Source: Scyliorhinus canicula (Eukaryota). From it: 64,000 nt of DNA. Positions 26,343-39,377 of the stretch are shown here, piece by piece. The translations under genes were made by a program, and so were the position numbers. The notes under the pieces were generated by a model. That model saw only the letters and a list, made by a program, of their open reading frames with translations. It was not told the origin of the DNA and did not search any database. Positions within the stretch are counted from its first letter, which is position 1; every line of letters starts with the position of its first letter. The stretch covers positions 157,189,050 through 157,253,049 of the forward strand of contig NC_052151.1 in the NCBI RefSeq assembly GCF_902713615.1, read 5' to 3'.

Positions 26343-28600
26343 TGTATTATTATAACTATCAGCATTACAAGGGGTAATGTAGTGTAAAGAGTACCCACTA
26401 GAGGGAGCTACAGATACAACTATATAAAACAGTGATGCTAGATCTTAGGGGAGGAGTGTATGCAGGAGATAGCTAGTGAAGGTAAAAATGCAGTTAGTGT
26501 GAGAAGGTTAGATTGTAGTGAGATTGGCAGTAGATGAGTGTTGTTCGATGTTTTTGATCAATTGTATTCTAAAGGACTAAGTGTCAAAACCCAGTCGAAA
26601 CACCACATGGTACCAGGAGTTTATTCCTTTAAAGAAATAGTAATTAGATTAGGTTAGAATCGCATTAGAAATAGAAGATACTCAGAAAAAATCTACAGTA
26701 AAGACTGATCAGAAGATGGAAGGTCTTCAAGAGACAAGGTAAACTATACCAGAACTGGGCTTTCTTTAAACAATAGTTTGAAGTAGTTGTTTCTGCCTCC
26801 ATGCTTGAAAATGCATCAGACCAAAGTAAAATACCACTCCTACTAAATGTGGCTGGACCGCAAGCATTGGAGCTATTCAATTCATTTCAATTTAGTGCAG
26901 ATGAGGACAAAAATAAATGCAGCATGGTGCTCCAAAAGTTTGACACACACTGTAAGAAACAGGTGAAAAATCTGATGAGCACTACATGTTAAACAAATGG
27001 CTGCAGTTCAGAGGAGAGTCTGTAGATTCAGACATCACAGCTCTTAAGCTGTTGAGCGCAGTCAAGTAATTTTTCCTCAGTCTCAGAGTCTATGCTGCGA
27101 GATAAAGTTGTATTTGGAATAAACGGTGAATGGGTGCACGAGAAAAAATTAAGAAGGCCGGTGTTGTCAATTGAAGAAACTATAAATAAGGCCAGCGAAC
27201 AGGCATCGAACAAATATGCCGAATTCGTGGCTAAGGAAAATCAATAAATGTGGCTGACGCCATTGATGCTGTGTCGCAGCAAAGAAAACTGCGTACAACG
27301 GCTGGCGGCAATTTTGAATGTCACATCACAAGCATGATGATGTGCACATGGACACTCCCCACAGTAAAAAACATTGTCCGGCAAGAGGGAAACATTGTTT
27401 CAATTGTGGCAAACTGAACCACTTTTCAGCACAGTGTTGTTTATCAGCAACTGTTCCAGGAACCAAATTTAAACAGTCTTATAGTGATGGCAGATGGATC
27501 CAAAGTGTGCAAAGTGCTGAGAAAAAAATCCAAAATCGTAGCGGCTAGAGAGGATTGCTCACCACATTCACTTTTGGATATCTTCATCATAGAAGCTACC
27601 ACTCGGATTGATTTACTGGATTGGGAAGAAAGACCAGTAAAAGCACTCTCAAAGATAATAAAGGAGTGGACTGTCTCATTTGAAATAAATGGAGAATTGA
27701 TCCCATTTAAGATTGATACAGGAGCGCACGCAAATATTATCACGTACCGATTGTTAAAGCAAGCAATCAAAAAACCTCTGATAAAGCAGTCCGCCTGTAA
27801 ACTCACAGATTACAATGGCAACACGATAGCCTCAAAAGGGCCATGCTGTCTCGGCGTGAAGAGTGGGAAAATAGAGATACCCATCGACTTTGAGGTGATA
27901 GAGGGTGAGAAATCTTCATTGATTGGTGTTGATGCTGGGGAAACATTGCAGCTAATTGAAAGGATTCACTCAACCAGTACTTCAGATGACACAGTCCTGC
28001 TCAAGCGAGACAGGATAGTGATACCTGCCAGTTTACGTTTAGGGATTCTCCAGCAGATTCACGAGGGTCACCAAGGCATCGAAAAGTGTCATGGGCGAGC
28101 CAGACAATCGGTGTATTGGCCCGGAATAAACCAAGATATCGATCAGTATGTTCAAGATGTCCAATTTGTCAGATGCATCAGCCTGCACAGAGCACAGAAA
28201 CCATCCGTTTTTTTGGTGAAGATTGTGACCGGTCCATGGAAAAAGATGGGCATGGATCTATTTCATTTGCAGGGTCATGATTACTCGATAGTCACAGCCT
28301 ATTACTCCACCTTTCCAGAGGTGATGTTGTTGAAAGATTCAACTGCCAGATCAGTGATAAAGGCAACAAAATCGATTTTTGCATGCCATGGTATACCTCT
28401 TAACGTTGTCTGTGACAATGGTCCATGTTTTTCGAGTTGGGAGTGGACACAGTTTGCAGAGCAAAATAATTTCAACCATCTGACTAATTTCAACTCAGTC
28501 TAACGGGAAAGCCGAGAAACGAGTAGGGACAATTAAGAAGTTATTCTGCAAAGCGAGTGCCGATGGTCAAGGAATGTCATTAGCGTTAGTCTGGCCTTCT
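26343..28600 (+). mobile_element. Gypsy element: 5' LTR, tRNA-Leu-like PBS, gag, PR-IN fusion lacking RT/RNase H
   Basis: LTR ends 26607, PBS TGGTACCAGGAGT; zinc knuckle CFNCGKLNHFSAQC; ORF 27484-28503 joins FKIDTGA directly to HEGHQGIEKC...CDNGPCF. Confidence 0.88.
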
Positions 28601-30129
28601 ATTCAATGTAGCGATTTAAGTTAACTTGTTTCCATTGTACCTGGGAATCCCCGGGTATCGTCTCATTAGTATGCTAACTTGTTTTCTTTCACAGTGCTGT
28701 CTGGTTTCTGCAGCAGTCAGAATACACAAGCGCTTTTGCAAGCTGCTTGCTTTTGCAACATGTCTATTTTCCCTGCATTCTTTGTAATCTTCCATTTTGT
28801 GTTGGGCAGTGGCCACCCCAGGTGGCTACAACTTACAGACAAAAGTTTAAAAATAAAGGTACAGAAACAGTTTGGACAGACTTATATTAAATTTGAAAGG
28901 GTTAAACAAAGCGATTTTGATGGTGGATGAGAGCATTAAAAATAGAAGAAACCTATGAGGCCCTTAGAGAAATACTTCTGTTGGAAGAATTTAAAGGCTA
29001 TCTACAATGATAAGAACTCATGTGGAGGAACTAAGAGTTAAAACTGTAAGACATACAGCAGAGCATACTGACAATTATTAGTTAGTTCATTGGCCAAGCC
29101 TTTCCTCAACACTCTTTTAATTCTGAGAAAGATAGAAAATGGGAAGGTGCGAGAAAGGACAGTTAAACAAGAGAGGGAGTGGTTAAAAATTACAAGGACA
29201 CTTCACCTGAAAATAAAAAGATAGTGCTGAAGGGATGAGAAATGAGGAAAGTGAGATGCTTTCATTGTAATAAACTTGGCAACACCAAGTCAGTATGTTG
29301 GGTGATAAATGGAAAACCGGTTGGAGTTATAAATCTTAAAACAGGAAATATAAGTTTAGAGGCTGGAGAACAGGAAAAGCAGGCAAGATGTATATGCAAA
29401 GGAAAAGAGAAAATAATAGGAATGAAAAAGCTTGTACAAGTAGTACAAGAGGAGAGTGACCAGCAGATGGCTGATGTGTTTAGGATCTTGTTTGCGAAGG
29501 TCAGGTATTTTCATGTGGACAGATTAGAATGGGGAATGCTGGGACTCTTATTTTCCTCTTCTAATAAGAATCGATAGTCCGGTTGATGAGGTTCAAAATA
29601 TAACTTTATTGTCAGACACTTGGCTGGTATATACTCATATATGAAGTGGCCTTTCGGCGATTACAAAATGAATTAAAAAATTGGCCGTTTTGTGATTACA
29701 CTTGAATATGACACTAGCCACTTGGCAATTACAAAAGAATAAAACCTTAGAAAATAATATCAAAAACTACATTGACAACATGGAAATACACTGCAAAGCC
29801 TAAGCACAAACAAATGACTGGACATACACTAGCGAAAGCTGGTTTAGAATAAAGACCTGCAGCATGAATCACTCTTTGTAAAGGTCTTTGTCTTCGGTTT
29901 AACCCCTTCCTCGTGTCATATTGGCTCCTCACCTTGAGCAGTAACCCTTCAGTTTGTTTAACTGAATGTCTGTCAGTTAGATGATGAGATCTTGGACACC
30001 CATTGGTCTCAATTGCTACAGTCTGACATCAGATTTGTGCCTGAAACCTATCTTGATTAATGTATAGCAACCCTGTAAGAAATTATAAGAGTGAAGGTCT
30101 TTACACTGGCTACAAAGGCTTAATTGATT

Positions 30130-31170
30130 ACGATGATGTGGAAATGCCGGTGTTGGACTGACAGGAGCACAGTAAAAAGTCTTACAACACAAGGTTAAAG
30201 TCCAACAGGTTTGTATCAAATCACTAGCTTTTGGAGCACTGCTCCTTCCTCAGGTGAATGAAGAGGTATGTTCCAGAAACATAGATATAGACAAAGTCAA
30301 AGATGCAAGACAATGCTTTGAATGCGAGCATTTGCAGGTAATTAAGTCTTTACAGATCCAGAGATGGGGGTAATCCCAGGGTAAAGAGGTGTGAATTGCC
30401 TCAAGCTAGGACAGTTGGTAGGATTTCACAAGCCCAGGCCAGATGGTGGGGTATGAATGTAATGCGACATGAATCCAAGGTCCCGGTTGAGGCCGTACTC
30501 ATGTGTGCGGAACTTGGCTATAAGTTTCTGCTTGGCGATTCTGCGTTGTCGCGCGTCCTGAAGGCTACCTTGGAGAACGCTTACCCGGAGATCAGAGGCT
30601 GAATGCCCTTGACTGCTGAAGTATTCCCCGACTCGACGGGAACATTCCTGCCTGGCGATTGTTGCGCAATGTCCGTTCATTCGTTGTCGCAGCGTCTGCA
30701 TGGTCTCGTCAATGAACCACGCTTCGGGATATCCTTTCCAGCAGCATATGAAGTAGACAACGTTGGCTGAGTCGCACGAGCATGTACCGCGTACCTGGTG
30801 GGTGGTGTTCTCACGTGTAATGATGGTACCCATGTTGATGATCTGGCACGTCTTGCAGAGACTGCCATGGCAGGGTTGTGTGGTGTCGTGGTCGCTGTTC
30901 TGAAGGCTGGGTGGTTTGCTGCAATGGTTTTTTTGAGGTTGTGTGGTTGTTTGACGGCAAGCAGTGTGGGTGTGGGGATGACCTTGACAAGATATTCATC
31001 TTCATCGATGATGTGTTGAAGGCTGCGAAGAGGATGTTGTAGTTTCTCCACTCCGGGGAAGTACTGGACGATGAAGGGTACTCTGTCGGTTGTGTCCCGA
31101 CTCATCGATCAACAGTTCCAACGCGCCACAGCAAAAAACCACACCGACCTCCTCAGAAGACAAACACGGG
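30130..31170 (-). mobile_element. Penelope-like element 3' portion (GIY-YIG endonuclease)
   Basis: DRVPFIVQYFPG; ANVVYFICC...ETMQTLRQRMNGH...KLIAKFRTHEYGLNRDLG. Confidence 0.9.
30221..30258 (-). ncRNA. Minimal type I hammerhead ribozyme motif of Penelope (G12 mutated to A)
   Basis: Minus strand UUCAC-CUGAGGA-A-GGAGC-AGU-GCUCC-AAAA-GC-UA-GUGA: stem I UCAC/GUGA, stem II GGAGC/GCUCC, palindromic AGCU stem III. Confidence 0.65.
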
Positions 31171-31919
31171 ATCCAGAAACAGTTTTCCTGGCCCGGACCA
31201 CATAAAGATGTAGGTAACTTCTATTGAACTTGTCGCACTTGTCAATTAAAATGGAAACCACAAGCTGAAATAAAACCAGCACCTTTGATCTCCTTTGCAG
31301 TTTCTGAAGAACCTTTTACAAGAGTTCTAATCAACTGTGTGAGACCCTTGCTGAGAACGTGAGGTGGAAATTGATACTTGTTAACTATTATCATGGATAA
31401 ATCCACGAGGTGTCCTGAAGCCATTAAGAACCATTACAACTAATAGAGTGGTAGAGGAATTAACCAAGTTATTTACGAGATATGGCTTAGCAAAGAAGAT
31501 ACAATCAGATCTAGGGTCAAATTTCTTGTCAAGGTTATTTAAATAAATCATGACTAGCCTGGAGATTAAACAGTACCTTTCATCGGCTTATCATCAAGAG
31601 CCACAGAGAGCATTATAGAGGTGGCATCAAACTTTAAGAACCATGATGAGAACATAAAGCCATGATTGGGACAAAGGGGTTCAGTTTTTATCATTATAAT
31701 TTGCCATTAGGGATGCACCAAATGATTTTACCAGATTTAGTCCTTTTGAATGTGAAGTTAGAAGACCGCTGAAATTAATCCAAGAAAAATTATTAAGCAA
31801 GAAGTCAGAGACTACATGTTTAGACTATGTCTCAAATTTCAGAGAAAGACTGAACGCAGCTTGTGAAGTGGCAAGGAAATATTTAAAGACAACACAACAG
31901 GGAATGAAAGTGATGGCTG

Positions 31920-32247
31920 ATAGAACATAGAACATACAGTGCAGAAGGAGGCCATTCGGCCCATCAAGTCTGCACCGACCCATTTAAGCCCTCATTTCCA
32001 CCCTATCCCCATAACCCAATAACCCCTCCTAACCTTTTTGGACACTAAGGGCAATTTATCATGGCCAATCCACCTAACCTGCACGTCTTTGGACTGTGGG
32101 AGGAAACCAGAGCACCCGGAGGAAACCCATGCAGACACGGGGAGAATGTGCAGACTCCGCACAGACAGTGACCCAGCGGGGAATCGAATCTGGGACCCTG
32201 GCAGTGTGAAGCCGCAGTGCTATCTACTTGTGCTACCATGCTGCCCT
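31920..32247 (-). mobile_element. V-SINE
   Basis: Head, V core, tail ...ctgcactgtatgttctatgttcta. Confidence 0.9.
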
Positions 32248-32775
32248 AAGGAAAGCACAGACTTGTAGTTTCGTAACAGGGGGGAAAGTGCTTGTGTTAT
32301 TATCCGTGTCAGATGAACCAGTGATAGCCAGATTTAGTAGGTCTTATCAAATCAAACGAAGGTTGAGCGAGGTACGTTATCTGATATGCATACCAGATAG
32401 ATGTAAATCAGAGTGTGTCGTATCAATCTGTTTAAGAAATATTGGGATAGAGGAGATGAGGACAAGCATGAGGTATTGATAATAATGAAACAAGGAGAAG
32501 GAAAAGGGTTAAATTCTGACAATGACTTCCCTAAAATTCATTTGGATATTGAGGAAGTCCTGAAAAATTTAAACAACTGATTAAGTTATCTTCCGGATAA
32601 GAGCAAGAGCAAATTGAAAGTGTTACTGCAGTCCTATAAATGTATTTGTGAGGATAAATTAGGTAGAAGGGAGGTAGAAATGCATGATGTGGATGTGGGG
32701 GATACAATCCAGTTAAAGTGGCATCCATACATGTTAAATCCAGGAAGATTATCACAAGTACAAAAGGAAATTGAA

Positions 32776-32950
32776 GGATTGGCCATGCTAAATTGCCCGT
32801 AGTGTCCTAAAAAGTAAGGTTAAGGGGGAGTTGTTGGGTTACGGGTATAGGGTAGATACGTGAGTTTGAGTAGGGTGATCATTGCTCGGCACAACATCGA
32901 GGGCTGAAGGGCCTGTTCTGTGCTGTACTGTTCTAAATTCTAAATTCTAA
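32776..32950 (+). mobile_element. 5'-truncated V-SINE
   Basis: Near-identical to 3601-3762; (TTCTAAA)n tail. Confidence 0.85.
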
Positions 32951-34034
32951 ATACATGCTCCAAAATGACATTATTGAATTGAGTTCTAGTGACTGGAGCT
33001 CCCTTATCGTACTGGTGCCAAAGCCAGATGTGTGGTGTACAGGAGAATGAATACTATCACCAAGATTGTCCCAGAATTTCCGTGCCTCCCCATGAGTATA
33101 CAGCTCAAACTGTGAACTTCATCCTCCACCATGCCATATAAACAAATGATTGTAATTTTTTTGTTGATTTTAAAAAGAGTCCCGTTTCATGGTCATCATG
33201 ACAGCACAGTGGACTGGTAGAACAAGAGCAAATACTCATGATTCAGTGCTGGGAAGGACCACTCTATCTATCAGGACTCTATTGAAATTCGGGGCCCCAG
33301 TGGGGGACTCCCTGCCGAGCCGCACTTTATCCCATTTCCTGCACTGAGGAGCTCCACTCGCTGGAGTTGCCGTGACCCCGCTTTGCAGTCAGCGGGAGCA
33401 GGGGCTGCACCTCATCAACAACAGAGGCTGGAAGAGACCCTTCATCGGCTGCTCAAGAAACTCAATTGAGCTCTTGCAAGGTATCTTGGTGATGGGAAAA
33501 TTTCAGGTACGCCTCCACCACCTCACCTCCGCAAATAAATGTGCATCCTTCCCGCCTCCCTATATCACTATACGGGCCACCTTGCCTCCCAGCCCATCTC
33601 CAGCTGCCTGATAAAATCCAGCATAATGGGGTTGCTTCCCACAACCAATTAAAATTTCTTGTTTTGTCAGTTCAATAAGCTTAGAGGAAAAACCTACCCA
33701 ACAAGCAGTTACAAAGCATAAACACCCACAATGCATATCAAAGTGTTTCTTTATTAGAATACATATTAGGAACATGGTTCTGCACATGCGCACCAATGAG
33801 GAGGCACCATGCGCAGTGTGCCTGTATTTTTATTTTATGGTCGAGGCCGTCATTTTTGTGAAATCGTTCTGGCATTTTTAAAAGCCGGCTGCTGTGGCTG
33901 TTGCGCGCGGATTCGCGCAATCGGGAGCGCTGCGTCGGAAGACTCCGCGACCTTCCCGACACCCGCCTGCAGGTGGCGACCCCGGCTTTGAAAATATCTG
34001 GGCCAAAGGACCTCTTTTTGTGCTGTAAAATGCT

Positions 34035-34337
34035 TTTTTAAATTTGGTAATGGGATGGAGACATCGTTGGCTGGGCCAGCATTTAATGCCCATCCCTGAG
34101 GGCATTTGGGGATTGCTATAGATCTGGAGTCACATGTAGGCCAGATAAGGTAAGGACAGTAAATTAGGGAACCAGATGGGGTTTTTACAACAATCGACAA
34201 TGGTTTCATCATTAGACTTTATAATTCCAGATTTTTATTGAATTCAAATTTCACCATCTGCCATGGTGGGATTCGAACCCGTGTCCCCCTGAGCATTACT
34301 AGTCCTGCAACAATACCACCACACCACCGCCTCCCCA
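34035..34337 (-). mobile_element. Deu-type SINE
   Basis: tRNA-like head with B box gggttcgaatccc on the minus strand; homologous to 16255-16597. Confidence 0.75.
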
Positions 34338-34862
34338 TAATGACTCTGTGACTCACACTCTCTTTCAGTAATCATTTAAATATTTGAGTTGGTTGAACAT
34401 GGTTGGAGCACTAAAAGTCTTAACTGAAACCAGAGGAAATGTCATTAGTGATTATAATTTCAACGCTCAAAATATTTCATTAGAGGAAAGAGTATTTTAC
34501 CTTTTGACAGTAACAAGGAGAGAAAATATATGTGCATTCTAGAAATTGGAAATAAAAACAGAAAATGCTGGAAATACTCAGCAGATCATAGCAGCATCTG
34601 TGGAGAGAGGAATAGAATTAACGTTTCAAGTTTGTGACTTTTCATTAGAACTGGGAATAGTTCGAAATGAGAAAAAGGGTTTGGAGCAAAGGGTGGGTGG
34701 GGCAAGGACAAAAGGAAGATCTAGAACAGGGTGAAAGGCAGGAGTCAGTCGTCCAGGTCTTTTGTTTCTTTCCTTGTCTCATCACCTTTGGACATGGAGA
34801 CTAACTCTCCTGTCTTTCAACCGCTCATGAAATTGAGCTTGGTCACTCCAGGGTGGCAGGGT

Positions 34863-35222
34863 GGGGCAGCATGGTAGCAGTGTGGATAGCACAATTGCTT
34901 CACAGCTCCAGGGTCCCAGGTTCGATTCCGGCTTGGGTCACGGTCTGTGCGGAGTCTGCACATCCTCCCCGTGTGTGCGTGGGTTTCCTCCGGGTGCTCT
35001 GGTTTCCTCCCACAGTCCAAAGATATGCAGGTTAGGTGGATTGGCCATGATAAATTGCCCTTAGTGTCCAAAATTTCCCTTAGTGTTGGGTGGGGTTGCT
35101 GGGTTATAGGGGTAGGGTGGAGGTGTTGATCTTGGGTAGGGTGCTCTTTCCAAGAGCCGGTGCAGACTCGATGGGCCGAATAGCCTCTTTCTGCACTGTA
35201 AATTCTATGATAATCTATGATA
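34863..35222 (+). mobile_element. Full-length V-SINE
   Basis: Head, V core, tail aattctatgataatctatga. Confidence 0.92.
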
Positions 35223-35369
35223 ATCCTTCACAAATTATCTGCACAGTCTTACTTGTGGTGATATTTCCTTTACTGACCATGGCGTTTTACCTATATACAA
35301 GACTTAATCATGTGAGCATTATTGAGTTGGGTAATATTACTGGGGTAAATCAATCCAACAATCAGATGG

Positions 35370-35700
35370 CTGGCGACACTGTGGTCTCGTGTTTAACACT
35401 GCTGCCTCAGTCATCCAGGTTCGATTCCCAACTTGGGTGACTGTTTGCATGGAGTTTGTACTTTCTCCCTGTGTCTGCATGGGTTCCCTCCGGGTGCTCC
35501 GGCTTCCTCCCGCAGTCCAAACATATGCAGACTAGGTGGACTGGCCACGCTAAATTGCCCTTAGTGTCCAAAGATGTGCAGGATAAGTTGGGTTACTGGG
35601 ATAGGGCAGAGAAGTGCGCCTAGGTGGGGTGCTCTTTTAGAGGGCTGCTGCATACTTGCTGGGCCAAATTACCTCCTTCTGCACCGTAGGGATTCTATGG
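35370..35700 (+). mobile_element. Older V-SINE
   Basis: Diverged head, core and tail. Confidence 0.85.
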
Positions 35701-37094
35701 ACCTTCTTCCGTGCTGTAAAATTGAATGATTCTAACTATCCAATTCCTTGTTATAAGCCTGGAGATCTCCAAGTTGAAATAAAAATGACTGTAATAAGTA
35801 GTAAATATTATATAATTCATTAATTCATGTGCACCTTCAATATTTTCTATCCATTCTTGACATTATATCCTTTTCTACACAATTTTAACAGCCATTTGTA
35901 CAATTAACATAAATTAATGAAGAACAAAATTAAAAGAGCATAAACAGGGGTGAATCAATTCACTGCACAGGACACAGTGAAACTTCACCACCCCCAACAC
36001 TCCACCCACCATATCAATTCTACATCTCAATAGGATGCATTGTACGGCACAATTTAGATGATCATCTAATGACCACAAGTTTTATTTGTCAGAAATATGA
36101 ACAAAAATCACTCTCCTTTAAATGTTTTAGGGGTTCTGTCCATCATACAAAAAATACACTTTGCTCGTGCATTTTATGACATATCTCAAACCCTCCATCA
36201 CATTGCAGTTTACTCCTGATCATTTACCTGAGTTTCATCATACACCGCACCAGACCACTCGTTCCATCATGTCTGAACCAGCTCTTTGAAGGGACGAACC
36301 AATTATTCCCACGGTCTGCCCCTTTCCCCACAACCATACGAATTTCTCCTTGTCAAATAAACAGCGAATTTCCTTTTGGAAATGATTATTAAATCTGCTT
36401 CCACCATTCCGGATGGTAACAACTTGCCGCGTGAAATACAGGCGTATTTATTTCCGCCGGATTATTTGAAGCCTTTTGTGTGCTTAAAAAAATGAAGCAT
36501 CGAATCAAATTAATTAATGGGAAAATGTAACGCGGAGCACATGATCATGCCACATTAACTAAGATTAGAAGCTGAGAGAAGTTGAGAGAATTGGGGCATC
36601 CAATTTTCTCTGTTTGCATAACCTTACTGTAAAATCACTTCACGAGGCAGTGTCCTTTCGTTGTACTTCTGCTTAAATGAATTTAAAGATGTTCGGCAGG
36701 TGTCAGAGACAGCGGTGGGTGGTAATTGCACCAATTTGGAACTCCCTTTCTGTAAATCAGGAATTTGGTGTTGTTCAGGGGTTGCAGTGGAATTAACTGT
36801 GCTTCGGGCATTCCGATGTGTTATCAACCCTTTGGGAGATATCCAATTCTATACCTTGAGGATAGATTTTAATAGCCGTCCCACTCGAGGGATTTTCTTG
36901 CCAGCACACGCAGAATGAGTGTCTGCTGGATCACAATAGTGTCTGAACTTTTGTTAACGGGCGGAGTGGGGGGAGGGGGGGGGGGTTCAAGTCCTATCCT
37001 TCCAACAATCCAGTGAGAGTGAAAGGGAGAGAGAGTCTGTGACAGAAGAGGTGGGGAAATAGCGATGTAATGGATAGTCGCTGAGCTCACTTAC

Positions 37095-37207
37095 TTAACC
37101 GTGCAATGGGTGTCCTGTGCTGGCTGTGCGCCGCGCCACTCCTGACTGACTTGTTGCAGCCGCTCGCTCAGTGTTGGCAGTCGGTTGCTGCTGTCACCAG
37201 AACCCAT
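37095..37207 (-). other. Candidate upstream exon of the DCDC2-family gene
   Basis: Unique CpG-containing DNA; ATG at 37207, open for 37 codons (MGSGDSSNRLPTLSERLQQ...) up to a consensus gtaagt donor at 37094; no homology recognised. Confidence 0.3.
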
Positions 37208-39057
37208 TCAACCGGTGATTTATTTCAACCCACACTGAAGTACTGGCCCTGGTCAAACAATGCAAAGGCTCCGACTTTCCTTCTTATCATTGGCTACTTT
37301 TAAACGTTTCCCACAGCCAAGGGCAAGGGTGAAAACCAGATTCCAGAGGGGTGTTTAACCAGAGCATCTCACCTTAATGTAAGACACTGGATTTTTCTCA
37401 CCTTCACATTCTTTCCAATAGTTATTTCTCTCGCTTTCATTCTTAGAAGTGGACGCCCCTTTCTGTCTCTTTCAGTCCTTGTCTCTTGCTCTCCTTTCTC
37501 TCTCCCCTCCCTCCCTCCCCCTAATTCCTCTCCCTAATTCATTTTCATTCCTCTTGTTGTCATTCTTGCCTTGCCACCTTCCCGCCTGACACACTCCCTG
37601 TCCCAAGACCGATTTGAGGCTGTTCCAAACACGAGTTGCAGGAGTTCACCCACGTGAGTTTGGGCTCGGCATTTTGAACAGAGCGGGAACCCAGAAATAC
37701 TCCTGAGTGGCGTCGCGTCCCAAACCTGCCACCTCCGCCATGATAACGGAGGCGGGCGCGTGGTAACCTGAAGGTTGTCCTCGCCAGTCAGTCACACGCG
37801 GCCCTGGCTAGGTAACACATCACCATTCACTTCATCATCACTGGATCGAACTCCTTTCCTATCAGCGCCTTTTCCACACTCTGCGGGAGCTCAAGAAGGC
37901 GCAGCTCCACCTCCTCAAGGGCATTGGGAATGAACACTGAGTTACCTCACCAACAGCGTCTGCAATCTGAAAATCAATAAATTCTCACCCACCCTGTCCC
38001 ACATATGGTTCTTTCTGCCGCCCATCTCTCAGGAAGATTTCGGGGTTTCGAAATAATGGTCAATTTTAGAAACGCCGTGATCTGCTGAGCATTCCCCGCG
38101 CTTTCTGTCAGAAATGTCGGATTTCAGTTTTTGTTCACTGTACACCCTCTGGTTCTGGGGCTGACTGGAAAGTAAGGAGCAAAGACATTATATAAACTGC
38201 GCACCGTTGAAACCAATCCCCACTTCAAAAAAATGACATCCTTTATAGCAAGTTAATATAAGGACAAAGTTTTAATCCTCAACTCCTCCTCTCTGGAGGA
38301 ACGAAAGAGCGGTATAAAGACTACAACATTGAAGTAAACTGTTGAAACCATAAATGAGAGCCACAAAGGGAGTGCGAGTCGAGCGAGGTCTGCAGGCTTC
38401 TTTAACTAGCTTGCAAAACATGTTCCAAAGTATGCTTCATGCCTTACATGGCCATAATTAGCAAACCATTAATCTTGCTTTTTTAAAAAATCTAATTTAG
38501 TCACCACAATGAAAGCCGCTTGAGAAGGACTCCCCTGAAGCAGATAACAATTGTAAATAAATAATTGATCCACGTCTGTACAATCAGAGAACAAGCTAGT
38601 TTCGCTGCAAATCTCTCACTCGGCATGAATAATACCTACTTCACACACCCAAGGCCGCCACTGTTGCTGTTAATCTTGGGCACAATCACTGGTCTTTATA
38701 CCTTTAAGTCACGTTAAGGTATCGATTCACCGATATTAGAAGGTGTGAAATCGTTCTGGGAGTAGTACTGTCATCGGAGAAATATGCAACACGAATATAC
38801 CATTGGCCACTGGTGCTTAGTAACTCAGACACTGTCTCACGTTTATGCGAAACTCTATTTTTGGAATGGTGGCAGGAAGGATAATGTTTTAGGCACTGAA
38901 ATAAGGAAGGTAAGAGATTCTGCGTTTTAAAAAAGTATTCATACCTAAATATTTTATAACCATTAATTAGTTTTCTGATATCTGAGAGTGTAGTCTTTCA
39001 GCCTTCACAAAAGAATTGCTCCTTTGACATCTCGCAATTGCTAGGGATGTGAAAATC

Positions 39058-39342
39058 CATAGAATCCCTACAGTGCAGAAGGAAGCCATTCAGGCCCATC
39101 GAGTCTGCACTGATCCTCCGAAAGAGGACTCGCCCTAGGCCCACTCCCCCCACCCTAATACCTAACCCTGCACATTGATCATGGTCAATCTACCTGACCT
39201 GCACATCTTTGGAGTATGGGAGAAAACTGGAGCACCTAGAGGAAACCCACACAGACACTGAAGAACATGTAAACTCCACGCAGTCATCCAAGGTGCAATT
39301 GTATCGGATCCCTGGCGCTGGGAGGCAGCAGCACTAACCACA
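39058..39342 (-). mobile_element. Diverged V-SINE
   Basis: V core and tail on the minus strand. Confidence 0.85.
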
Positions 39343-39377
39343 GATCTTCTAGAGCTTTGCTTGATTAACTTTGGCAG

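Larger units (their letters stand above)
28800..33030 (+). mobile_element. Degraded Gmr1-like Gypsy (gag, IN upstream of RT) with nested insertions
   Basis: gag REILLLEEFK and CFHCNKLGNTKSVC; integrase about 31270-31920; RT start IELSSSDWSSLIVLVPKPD near 32970-33030. Confidence 0.8.

Noticed and set aside
29520-30130. Possible further solo LTR inside the Gmr1 element
   Set aside because: Ends and TSD not resolvable by eye.
33620-34001. Possible hAT MITE ending tttgaaaatatctg
   Set aside because: Matching left TIR and TSD could not be found.
36624-36854. Continuation of the candidate exon frame past a single TAG
   Set aside because: In-frame stop and no recognisable homology.
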